This document shows positions 24,890-36,121 of a stretch of DNA of 64,000 bases, piece after piece. The DNA lies in contig NC_091470.1 in NCBI RefSeq assembly GCF_036971445.1, positions 64,542,001 to 64,606,000 on the forward strand. The letters are read 5' to 3'. The DNA is from Narcine bancroftii (taxonomy: Eukaryota). The position numbers were made by a program, and so were the translations under genes. Under the pieces are notes generated by a model that was not told where the DNA came from, did no database searches, and saw nothing but the letters and a program-made list of their open reading frames with translations. The stretch's first letter is position 1; each line of letters begins with the position of its first letter.

Positions 24890-26330
24890 TTTTTTTTGGA
24901 ATATTTTTATAAATTTTAACCACCAAATAAAATTGACAATACAAGTCTTTAAAATAATATAATCCATTTTATTATACCGCCACCCCCTTTCCCTAAAGCC
25001 CCAAGAAGGAAGGAAGAATGAATGAAAAAGATACAAGATGTAAGAAGAAAGACTGGAGATTATCGAGAGAGTCCTTTTTCAGAGATCATATTTACCATCA
25101 AATAAAGGAGGTCAGCCAGGATTGAGGTTACTAGAGAAATTATTAAATATTCATTTCAACACGCTCCAAACATGGGTGCCATATTTTTCAAAATATATGA
25201 TATCTATTCCTATGTATGTAATTTTCTCAAGTGGTATACAACTACAAATTTCCGCATTCCATCTCTCCATTCCTTCGCCTATATCTGATTTCAAGTTATT
25301 GCAATGCATTTCTTAGATATTGCTAAGGCAATTTTTACACTTTATTTGACATATTTAATTTTAATTTAGGTGTAATGCTTTTAATATTATCTAACAGAAA
25401 TAACATTGGATCCTGTGGGAATTTGATCCCTGTTATTCATTGTAATAAATTACTCACGTCAAGCCAATCTTACTCCAGATTTCAATCAAATGTTTCAAAA
25501 TAGTGGAATCTCTAACCCAAGTCAACAATTTGGAATTCCATTTATAAATAAAATCTTGTGAATTTTTCCTATTTTATTGAGTTCAGTACCCACCCATGCA
25601 GATTTTTTCTCTGTCAAATAATACATTAATAAATCTCAATTGAGCAGCCCTATAATAATTTTTTTTAAATTAGAGACTTGAAAGCCTACCAAATCAAACT
25701 TCCAAATTAATATTTCCAAAGAAACCCTGGCCATTTTAGCTTCCCATAAAAATGTCCTTATATTCATATTTAAATCATTATTTTTTTTAGGAATTGGAAT
25801 TGATTAAAAAAGATATTGTATTCTAGGAAAAATATTCATCTTAATACAATTTACTCTACCAATTAAAGTACTTCATCTATTCTAATCGTCTAGAATTTTC
25901 TTAAGTAATGGCAAATAGTTTAACTCGTACAAATTATTTAAATCTTTGTCCACTCGAATACCTAAGTACTTAATTCCTGTATCTGGCCATTTAAAATTAG
26001 TAATTTATAGTGTGTATAATTTCCAATCACTAAAGGCATAATTTCACTTTTATCCCAGTTAATTTTATAATCTAATATTTCACCATATTCCCAACCTTAA
26101 ATGTAATTGGCGCAGTGAATTCAAGGGATCGGTCAAATATATTAAGACATCGTCTGCATATAAATTTATTTTATATTTCTCTGGATTAATTTTAATACCT
26201 TTAATATCAGGATCTGACCATATTAATCCAGCTAAGGGTTCTATCACTAAAATAAATAAAGTTGGCAATAAAGAGCAGCCTTTAATCAACCTGCCTGGTT
26301 CATATGGATTAATTTCGTTAAGTATTTGGC
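24890..26330 (-). mobile_element. Degenerate L1/Tx1-clade LINE 3' fragment
   Basis: GCSLLPTLFILVIEPLA..KINLYADDVLIYL RT motif in ORF 26080..26289; T-rich end on + near 24890. Confidence 0.75.
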
Positions 26331-26395
26331 TAGTCTATTTGCTAAAATTTTGTAATCAAGATTGGGATGTTGATAAGAATATGATTTTTTTTCAG

Positions 26396-26521
26396 GAAAC
26401 AAAATGTGGTGATTTCAAAGCTGTTATAGTGGAAATATCAGGACAAGCACATTACACAGGAACAGCCAACTTTTATGTGGAAGATGATGACAATCTCAAA
26501 GATGGGTTTCTTCTCCAATAA
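26396..26521 (+). CDS. L3HYPDH: L3HYPDH exon 5 (ETKCGDFKAVIVEISGQAHYTG...DGFLLQ*)
   Basis: tttcag acceptor, family C-terminus DGFLL, TAA stop. Confidence 0.95.
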   Translation, partial: ETKCGDFKAVIVEISGQAHYTGTANFYVEDDDNLKDGFLLQ

Positions 26522-27153
26522 AGTATATGAAACAAAAGATGAGGATATGAATATTTTTTAAAGCCCGATCTCTGAATATAATTTAGCTCTCTACATATTA
26601 TTTGAAGGCACTTAGCTGTGAATTATTCATATATAATTACATTTTTATCACGTATATTCTTGGTAGTCTGAAAGATCACGTTTAAACAGATGAATGCGGA
26701 AATAAGTTTAATTCTTTCATTCTGAGTCTTAAACTTTGATATTTCAATCTAAATCAGATATGTAATTCGTTCAGTTGTTAATGTACAATAACATTATCTG
26801 ATGGTAATTGTAAAAACACTATTATAGAGAAAAGTCTGTTTGGAACTAGATATTTACTTTCATGAATCACACTGCACAGTCAAGTTAGCAACAGTTTTCT
26901 TTCTAATTATATACACATCAGCCGTCTGTGAGATGGTTTGAGTGAATGAAATTGTGCACCAACAGCTTAAGGACAGTTTCTTCCCCATAGGCTCCCGAAT
27001 GAACCCCACAGCAGTACTCTCATGTTGGCCTTGTTTTGTACTAATTAATCTTTCTCATTGTGATTCTATACTCTGTAATTATGCTCTTGCCCTTCTACTT
27101 TTAGAAGACCCTCTGACAGTTTGTCAATGGATCCCTGAGTTTCAATGCATTTG

Positions 27154-27405
27154 AGGCAGCACAGTTGGTGAAGCAGTTAGTGCAACGTCTTTACAGTGCC
27201 AGCAATCGTGACCAGGGTTCAATTCCTGTGCTGTCTGTAAGGAGTTTGGACATTCTCCCTATGTCTGCGTGGGTTTTACCCAAAGGCTCTGGTTTCCTTC
27301 CACCATTAGAAACCTACTCGGTGTGTAGGTAAATTAGGTGTAAATTGGGCAGCATGGACTCAGGGGCTGAAATGGTCTGATACCATGCTGTATGTCTAAA
27401 TTTAA
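27154..27405 (+). mobile_element. tRNA-derived SINE (same family as 215-455)
   Basis: Shared head, B-box-like GGTTCAATTCC, core and tail TATGTCTAAATTTAA. Confidence 0.75.
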
Positions 27406-28579
27406 ACATCTGCTTTTAATTTTGGAAGTGTCCAGTCGGCTCTCAAACCTCACAAACACAAAAAAAATAGTTGTAGAACTGGCCTCTCAATCCAACCCCC
27501 CCATTCCGTACGATCATTGCTGATCTGCCCCAGTCCTCTTAGAGATAAACAAAGTTTACAGATGCTGTGAATGAGTGCAATGCACAAAAATGCCTGTCCT
27601 TTGTCAAGGTAGTAACCAACTTTTCAGGCCCGATCCCTTTGTCAGGGAATGGTGAGGGCTCGGGCCTGAAACATTGATATATCCCTTTGCTTCCTATAAA
27701 CGCTGTGTGATCTGTTGAGGTTCTCCACTTTTTGGGTATGCCCCAGTCCTCAACTCTTTTTTTCCCCAATGTGTAAAGAAAATATTCCTCTTCACATTGA
27801 ACATAAAAGAGGACATGAACACATATCTGTGGTGAATATGATGTCGAGATCAAACTAAACTTTGATGTTTGCACTTAACATATCCTTCCACCTCTTTCAT
27901 ATTCATGTGTCCATCTAGAAACCTCTTAAATGCTACTATAGAATCTGCTTCCACCACTTCTGGAAGCCTGTTCCAGACACTTATCACTCTCTGTGTGATA
28001 CATTTACCTTAAACATCTCCCCCTCACCTTAAATACATGTCTCCTGTGTATGACATTTTATCTGTGGCTATGAAAATACACAAAATTGCTGGAGAAACGC
28101 AGCAGGCCCCACAGCATCCATAGGAGGCAAAGATATATAACCAATGTTTCGGGCCCGATCCATTCATCAAGGAGTGAGTTAGAAGCAGTCAAGCACATGA
28201 ATAAAAGGTTAGGGTAATGGTTCTCACCCTTTTTCTTTCCACTCACGTACCACTTTAAGTAATCCCTATGCCATCGGTGCTCTGTGATGAGTGAGGGATG
28301 GCATAAGGTTCTATGTGACTGGGAAGGGAAGGTTGAGAATCACTGCTCTAGACCCAATTGTTAACTGAAATATTTTGAGAAAAAATGTCATTGGCCCATT
28401 TCCTTTGGAGTTAATGAAACTGCACATAACGAGTCAATTAAGTACAATTGAAACAGTGGTTTTCAAACTTTTTCTTTCCACCCACATGCCACCTTAAGCA
28501 ATCCCTTACTAATCGGACCACCTAGGCATAAAGAACACTGAAAGTGGTATGTGAGTGGCAAGAAAGAGGTTGAGAGAGG

Positions 28580-29090
28580 AGGGAAGAAGTAGCAGGGAGG
28601 ATGAGCATAGGCCAACAGCTAAGAGGCCATCGGCAAACAGTGATAGGACAAAAGACATAGCTGAGAGTTGATCAGGGTGGGGGTAGCTCGAAATGCAGAG
28701 ATGGAAGAAAGGAGACAGAGGGATAGGGAAAGAGACAGAGAAGAGGGGAGGTGGAGAAAAGGGCCAGGGAATGAGAGGGAGGCCTAACAGAAACTGGAGG
28801 TCAAAAGTAAATACCATCCAGTTGGAGGGTGTCCAGATGGAATATGAGGTGATGATCTCTAATTTGCAGGTGCTCTCAATTGGGCAGTGCACGAGACCAC
28901 GGACAGGTATGTCCGCATGGCAATAGGGTGGGGAATTGAAATTGGTTGCCACTGGGAGATTCCCACTATTACAGCAGACAGATCAAAAGTACAATCTCCT
29001 GATCTGCGTCCAATCTCTCCAATGTAAAGGAGATCACAATGGGAGCACCAGGTGCAGTATTCACAAGTGAAGTGTTGCTTCACTTGGAAA
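28580..29090 (-). mobile_element. Penelope-like element fragment (GIY-YIG region)
   Basis: CSHCDLLYIGEIGRR and ATNFNSPPYCHAD fragments. Confidence 0.65.
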
Positions 29091-29099
29091 GCCTCTCAT

Positions 29100-31010
29100 A
29101 ATTTGATTCAAGTTCAAGTTAATTGTTATTTGACCTCATCAGATGAAACAAGGTTTCTCCAGACAATAGTGCACACACATAATAATCATACATGCATAAA
29201 AATATAAAACAAATGTATAAATATTGTGGAATAATTTACTCAATTTCATTAATAAGAGGCCTAAGCTTATAGCATACCCTTCATCAATCTGACAGCCTGA
29301 GGGATTAAACTATTTCCCAGCCTGATGTTCCTAATTTTAATGCTCCTGCACCTCCTACCTCGTGGTTGTAGGTTAAAGACACTGTGATGAATGTTAAGAA
29401 TTCTCAATAATTCTTTGACCCCTATTTCAGCAACATTCCCAGTGAATGTCTATTAGAGAAAATGAAATCCCAATGATTTCAGTCATTTTAATAATCCTCT
29501 GTATTGACTTCTGGGCTGATGCAGCCAAACAGGACACTCTCAGTTCCTCATTAGGATATGTAAGCATTACTGCGTCTTCCTGACTGATAAGGAAGTGCTG
29601 TGGGTCCAGGATAGATTGTCTGTTACATTGACACCAATAAAATTTTGTACTCTCAAATCTCTCCATGACAGAGCCATTAATGTGCAGTGGACAGTGGTTG
29701 GCCTTCATCCTGAAGTCCACAATCATCTCCTTTGTCCACGTTGAGACTCAGGTTATTGTTTATTTGACAAGCTTCCCAACCTCCTCTCTGTAAGCTGTCA
29801 TCATTGCTGTCAATGAGGCTAACTACTGTTGAATCATCCACAAACGATGATTCTGTTTGAACTGAATCTGACAGTGCAGTCATGAGTCAGCATCATGAAG
29901 AGTAACAGGCTAAGCACATTACCCTGACATGCATTAGTGCTCAGTGCAATGGGACTTGAGATTTTGTTGCCAACTCGGTCTGACTGGGATCTTTCAGTCA
30001 AACCCAAGATCCAGTTTCAGAGAGGGGTGTTGATTAGATTAAATTAGGTTGACAAAATATTGGGCTTATTTACAGAATTTGATCTTCTTTCACTTCATTA
30101 TCAGTGCAAGGATGGGTTATCCATCAACCTCTGGTATAATCATGTTGAAAACTGATCTAAAATCAATGAACTTCAGCCTGGCATTCATACCATCATTCTC
30201 TAGGTGGGTCAGGATGGAGTGGAGGGTAAATGCTCATCTGTAGACCGATTTGGATATTGCTGGAAGGTGTGATTTGATGCGTTCCGAAGCACTTCAACTG
30301 ATCGCTGAGGTCAGTGCCACTGGACGGTAGTCATTTGGACACCAGGTTGATGGTGGCTGCCTTGAATCCTGCAGGGACTGTGAATTGCTGCAGTGAGATG
30401 TGGATATCTATTACAACCTCCATCAGCTGGGCTGCATAGTCCTTCAGCACCTGACCAAGTCTGTTGTCTGGTCCTGTTGCTTTGCGAGGGTTCACCCTGG
30501 ATAGAATCCTCCTCATGTCAGCCACAGCTATGCATGGTGTCTGTCTTTCAGGGGAAGAGCTTTATGAAGCTCTATCGGGTCTCCTCTCAACCTTCTATGC
30601 ACCAGAGAAAACAACCCCAGAGGGTCCAACATCTCCCCATTGCTCATACCCTCTAATCCAGCCAGCATCCTGGCAAACATCTTCTGTACCTTGCCAAAGC
30701 CGCCACATCCTTTGAATGGGCAACCAAAATTGCACACAATATTCGAAGTGTGGCCTAACCAATATATTATAAGAGCTGCAACAGGACTTCCTTACTTTCA
30801 TACTTAACGTCATTACTGATTAAGCCAAGCATACCATATCTAAATGATCTATGTACTTGCATGGCCAATGTCAATGAGCAGTGGTCCTGGATTCCCTGAG
30901 TCCTCTGCATATCAATGCTTTTAAGAGTCCTGCAATTACATTTGCCTTCCCAAAAGTGCAACATCTGACATGTTTCTGGATTAAATTCTAATTGCCATAT
31001 CTTTGGCCAT
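29100..31010 (-). mobile_element. Degenerate Rex1-like LINE (~29100-30520) abutting a CR1 fragment (~30530-31010)
   Basis: RVNPRKATGPD..VLKDYAAQL, MIVDFR; LVRPHFEYCVQFW. Confidence 0.65.
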
Positions 31011-32177
31011 ATAGAAACTATTCCTGCTGTATTCTGCATTGTCCTCACCACCACCCAACTGCAAACCAATACCTCTGAGCAGAAAACCCTGCAAAGGGTA
31101 GTGGACAACGGCCCAGTACATCACAGGCAAAATTCTCCCCGCCACTTACATGGAAGAGCAGCCATGATCAAAAACCCATACCACCGAGGGGCATGCTGCT
31201 GCCATTTGGGAAGAGGTTCATGTGCCACATGACTTGTGCACACAGACTCATTTAAGGACTCTTATTTTGCACATTAGCGAACATGTATTTTATACCATAT
31301 TGCAGTTTGTTAACATTTCTCTCTTCTATGCATACTTTTTTTTTCTTGAGTACAGTACAGAGTTGGGTATAAGTAGAAATTTTGCCTCATCTGTAGAAAA
31401 AAGACCAGGTTGGTTTTTTTTTATTTTTCACACTATGAACCATATTAACCAAAATACACACAAACATTTCCCTCTTGAATATACACAGTCATTTTCTCCC
31501 CCGCCCCCCCCCTCCAAACCCATTAAAACGTTCAACATATACAATACAAGAAACCCATGAAACAATGGCCAGGGTTGTTTTTGATGTCATGTGTACCCTC
31601 TGACAATAAATGTGAACTGTGAACTCACCGTGGATGCCCAAGAAGGAGCTTGTCAGACGCCTACTTAAAGTCCATGTTGACAACGTCCACTGCCCTCCAT
31701 TCATCAAGCAAATCACTCTGAGCCAACACCACATGATGGATTTTTCCAGAGATCTGTGAAAATAACCCTACACGGTTTGAATTAAAATGATGTTGGTTGG
31801 CGGCTCACTTATTCCTGGAAATATCTCAACATCCATTCATTTCTGCTCCCTGAGGGTCCATTATGTTTCTTGATACAGTAGTGGAAGGGGGAGATTGAAT
31901 TCGCTGGCCCACTCGCCACCTTGCCCAGTGTTTGCCTTCCCTGTAACTTTTCCCGAGCCGTTCACTTACTTTTCCCCGTGCGATGAAGGGATCTTGACCT
32001 GAAGCGTCGATTCTGTTTCCAACATGTTCTGTCTTTGATTTCGGATCTCCGTCCCCAACGCTGCTTCGCTGCAACCGCTGGTGTTGCGGGATGCACGAGG
32101 GTCGCGCCCCTGGGTGGAAGGTGACAGAGAGAGAGAGAGCGTCTCGGGATTGGTTGGCAGACGTGGTAACACGCGCG

Positions 32178-34617
32178 CGGCGTTGGACAGGGGAGGGGGA
32201 GACTGACAGCCGGCGTGGTCCGGGGAGACTGACCGGCGGCGTGGACCGGGGAGACTGACAGCCGGCATGGTCCGGGGAGAGGGAGACTGACAGCCGGGGT
32301 GTTCCGGGGAGACTGACCGGCGGCGTGGACCGGGGAGACTGACAGCCGGCATGGTCCGGGGAGAGGGAGACTGACAGCCGGGGTGGTCCGGGGAGTCTGA
32401 CAGCCGGCATGGTCCGGGGAGGGGGAGACTGACAGCCGGGGTGTTCCGGGGAGACTGACCGGCGGCGTGGACCGGGGAGACTGACAGCCGGCATGGTCCG
32501 GGGAGAGGGAGACTGACAGCCGGCGTGGTCCGGGGAGACTGACCGGCGGCGTGGACCGGGGAGACTGACAGCCGGCATGGTCCGGGGAGAGGGAGACTGA
32601 CAGCCGGGGTGTTCCGGGGAGACTGACCGGCGGCGTGGACCGGGGAGACTGACAGCCGGCATGGTCCGGGGAGAGGGAGACTGACAGCCGGCGTGTTCCG
32701 GGGAGACTGACCGGCGGCGTGGACCGGGGAGACTGACAGCCGGCGTGGTCCGGGGTGACTGACCGCCGGCGTGGACCGGGGAGACTGACAGCCGGCATGG
32801 TCCGGGGAGACTGACCGCCGGCGTGGACCGGGGAGACTGACAGCCGGCGTGGTCCGGGGAGACTGACCGCCGGCGTGGACCGGGGAGACTGACAGCCGGC
32901 ATGGTCCGGGGAGAGGGAGACTGACAGCCGGCGTGTTCCGGGGAGACTGACCGGCGGCGTGGACCGGGGAGACTGACAGCCGGCGTGGTCCGGGGAGACT
33001 GACCGCCGGCGTGGACCGGGGAGACTGACAGCCGGCATGGTCCGGGGAGAGGGAGACTGACAGCCAGCGTGGTCCGGGGAGACTGACCGGCGGCGTGGAC
33101 CGGGGAGACTGACAGCCGGCGTGGTCCGGGGAGACTGACCGCCGGCGTGGACCGGGGAGACTGACAGCCGGCATGGTCCTGGGAGAGGGAGACTGACAGC
33201 CGGCGTGGTCCGGGGAGACTGACCGGCGGCGTGGACCGGGGAGACTGACCGGCGGCATGGTCCGGGGAGGGGGAGACTGACAGCCGGCGTGGTCCGGGGA
33301 GACTGACCGGCGGCGTGGACCGGGGAGACTGACAGCTGGCATGGTCCGGGGAGAGGGAGACTGACAGCCGGCGTGGTCCGGGGAGACTGACCGCCGGCGT
33401 GGACCGGGGAGACTGACAGCCGGCATGGTCCGGGGAGAGGGAGACTGACAGCCGGCGTGGTCCGGGGAGACTGACCGGCGGCGTGGACCGGGGAGACTGA
33501 CAGCCGGCGTGGTCCGGGGAGACTGACCGTCGGCGTGGACCGGGGAGACTGACAGCCGGCATGGTCCGGGGAGGGGGAGACTGACAGCCGGCGTGGTCCG
33601 GGGAGACTGACCGGCGGCGTGGACCGGGGAGACTGACAGCTGGCATGGTCCGGGGAGGGGGAGACTGACAGCCGGCGTGGTCTGGGGAGACTGACCGGCG
33701 GCGTGGACCGGGGAGACTGACCGGCGGCGTGGACCGGGGAGACTGACAGCTGGCATGGTCCGGGGAGGGGGAGACTGACAGCCGGCGTGGTCCGGGGAGA
33801 CTGACCGGCGGCGTGGACCGGGGAGTCTGACAGCCGGCGTGGTCCGGGGAGAGGGAGACTGACAGCCGGCGTGGTCCGGGGAGACTGACCGCCGGCATGG
33901 ACCGGGGAGACTGACAGCCGGCATGGTCCGGGGAGGGGGAGACTGACAGCCGGCGTGGTCCGGGGAGACTGACCGGCGGCGTGGACCGGGGAGACTGACA
34001 GCTGGCATGGTCCGGGGAGGGGGAGACTGACAGCCGGCGTGGTCCGGGGAGACTGACCGGCGGCGTGGACCGGGGAGACTGACCGGCGGCGTGGACCGGG
34101 GAGACTGACAGCTGGCATGGTCCGGGGAGGGGGAGACTGACAGCCGGCGTGGTCCGGGGAGACTGACCGGCGGCGTGGACCGGGGAGACTGACAGCCGGC
34201 ATGGTCCGGGGAGGGGGAGACTGACAGCCGGCATGGTCCGGGGAGGGGGAGACTGACAGCCGGCGTGGTCCGGGGAGACTGACCGGCGGCGTGGACCGGG
34301 GAGTCTGACAGCCGGCGTGGTCCGGGGAGACTGACCGGCGGCGTGGACCGGGGAGACTGACAGCTGGCATGGTCCGGGGAGGGGGAGCCTGACAGCCGGG
34401 GTGGTCCGGGGAGACTGACCGGCGTCGTGGACCGGGGAGAGGGAGACTGACCGGCGGCGTGGACCGGGGAGACTGACAGCCGGCATGGTCCGGGGAGAGG
34501 GAGACTGACAGCCGGCATGGTCCGGGGAGGGGGAGACTGACAGCCAAGGTGGTCCGTGGAGACTGACCGGCGGCGTTGGACCGGGGAGTGGGAGACTGAC
34601 CGCCGGCGTGGTCCGGG
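32178..34617. repeat. GC/CpG-rich minisatellite of 26-bp and 32-bp units, often arranged as 84-bp (26+26+32) higher-order repeats
   Basis: Units GACTGACAGCCGGCGTGGTCCGGGGA, GACTGACCGGCGGCGTGGACCGGGGA, GACTGACAGCCGGCATGGTCCGGGGAGAGGGA; roughly 85 units estimated from length. Confidence 0.97.
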
Positions 34618-34852
34618 CAGCGAGGGGTGGGGGGCGACCGATGTTGTGTGTCCTGCTGAGGTTGCGCAATGAGGGAACGGGGTTCGTTGAGATTTGCCGC
34701 CGCGGGGGAGACGATGCAGAGAGACTGGGAAGGAACGGGGGCGAGAGATTGTCGCCAGTGGAGTCTGGGAGCCGCGACCCAAACCAGGGGCCGTTCCTCC
34801 GCCGAGACGACGCCCGTGAGGAGTAGAGACTCGGGCGCGTTGTTCGGACCCC

Positions 34853-36121
34853 ATGGATCTGTTTAGCGGGACAGCGGTGCCGAGTAACCTCACCCTGCTC
34901 GCCAACCACACCGACGCGGCTCCGCGGGAAGGGGCGAACGCGCAGGCCGATGACGGCTCCCCGCTCCACGGCGCGGCCGTGGCTTCCAAGGCTCTGCTGC
35001 TCCTGTTCATCTTCCTGCTGTCCAGCCTGGGCAACGCGGCGGTGATCGCCGTGATCGTCAAACACCGGCAGCTGCGGACCGTCACCAACGCCCTCATCGT
35101 GTCCTTGTCCCTGTCCGACCTGCTCACCGCCCTGCTCTGCGTCCCCTTCGCCTTCATCACGCTCTTCAGCGACGGTGTCTGGGTCTTCGGCGACCGCTGG
35201 TGCGTGGCCAACGGGTTCTTCAACTCCTGCTTCGGGATCATCTCCACCCTCACCATGACCCTCATCTCCTTCGACCGCTACCACGCGATCGTCAGGCAGC
35301 CGCGGGAGAAGATGGGCAAGCGGCTGGCGGCGCAGCTCCTGGCCGGCGTCTGGCTGACGGCCGGCCTGGTCTCTTTCCCCTGGTACCTCTTGTGGCCCAC
35401 CCCGGGGCCGCCAGTTCTTCACAAGAAGGGCTTCTACCACTGCATGGACATCTTGCGCTCGGACACTTCCCGCATGGGCGCCGGCTACAGCATCGCCCTG
35501 ATTGTTACCTGCTACCTGTTGCCCTTCTCCCTGATGTGCTTCTGTCACTACCACATCTGCAAGGCCGTGAGGCTGTCGGAGATCCGAGTGCGCCCGGTCA
35601 CCACCTACGCCCACCTGTTGCGCTTCTACAGCGAGATGAGGACGGCGACCACCGTATTAATCATGATCGTCTTCATCATCGGCTGCTGGGGTCCTTACTG
35701 TGTCCTGGGGATCGTCACGGCCACTGGCCACTCTCATTTCACCCCCGTCCTGGACACGGTCGCCGTCTGGCTGGCCTGGTCTAACGGAGCGCTCAATCCA
35801 CTCATCTACGCGAGCAGAAACCCCAGCATCTCCCTGCTTTGGGGGAGCAAACGGGAAGATGGTTACAGGACGAGAAATCTCGCAGCCTACTTGTCTCAGC
35901 AGAATCGGGACCATGAGGGTCGGGGTCGGGCAGACAGGACGAGGGAGCGCTGCGTCGGCCGACAGGGGACGGGCACCATGTCCTCCTCCAGCCCGGCGAA
36001 TGGGGAGGTGGCCAGGTGGGCCTGCAAGAATCCAGCCGTGCTTTTCTGCCGGGATGGGCAATCGGACACAGGGCCCGAACCTGGGGCAGCCAAATCAGCG
36101 ATTGGAGACACTACCCTTTAA
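34853..36121 (+). CDS. GPR135: Orphan class A GPCR GPR135, single coding exon, 422 aa
   Basis: 7 TM with GN, LSLSDLL, FDRY, CWGPY, NPLIY; GPR135-typical [31 protein letters not shown]; syntenic position. Confidence 0.95.
   Translation: MDLFSGTAVPSNLTLLANHTDAAPREGANAQADDGSPLHGAAVASKALLLLFIFLLSSLGNAAVIAVIVKHRQLRTVTNALIVSLSLSDLLTALLCVPFAFITLFSDGVWVFGDRWCVANGFFNSCFGIISTLTMTLISFDRYHAIVRQPREKMGKRLAAQLLAGVWLTAGLVSFPWYLLWPTPGPPVLHKKGFYHCMDILRSDTSRMGAGYSIALIVTCYLLPFSLMCFCHYHICKAVRLSEIRVRPVTTYAHLLRFYSEMRTATTVLIMIVFIIGCWGPYCVLGIVTATGHSHFTPVLDTVAVWLAWSNGALNPLIYASRNPSISLLWGSKREDGYRTRNLAAYLSQQNRDHEGRGRADRTRERCVGRQGTGTMSSSSPANGEVARWACKNPAVLFCRDGQSDTGPEPGAAKSAIGDTTL

Noticed and set aside
28216-28575. Two quasi-palindromic modules with TGGTT(C/T)TCA-type ends
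   Set aside because: Consistent with ordinary decayed hAT MITEs; TSD and limits could not be fixed
32178-34617. Possible CRISPR-like array
   Set aside because: No unique spacers and no cas genes; head-to-tail variant units in a vertebrate locus
31826-35614. Giant minus-strand ORFs (1262, 1099 and 861 aa) in all three frames
   Set aside because: The repeat units lack stops on the minus strand and the rest is the GC-rich antisense shadow of GPR135; the frames give the same permuted peptides, with no evidence of a real protein
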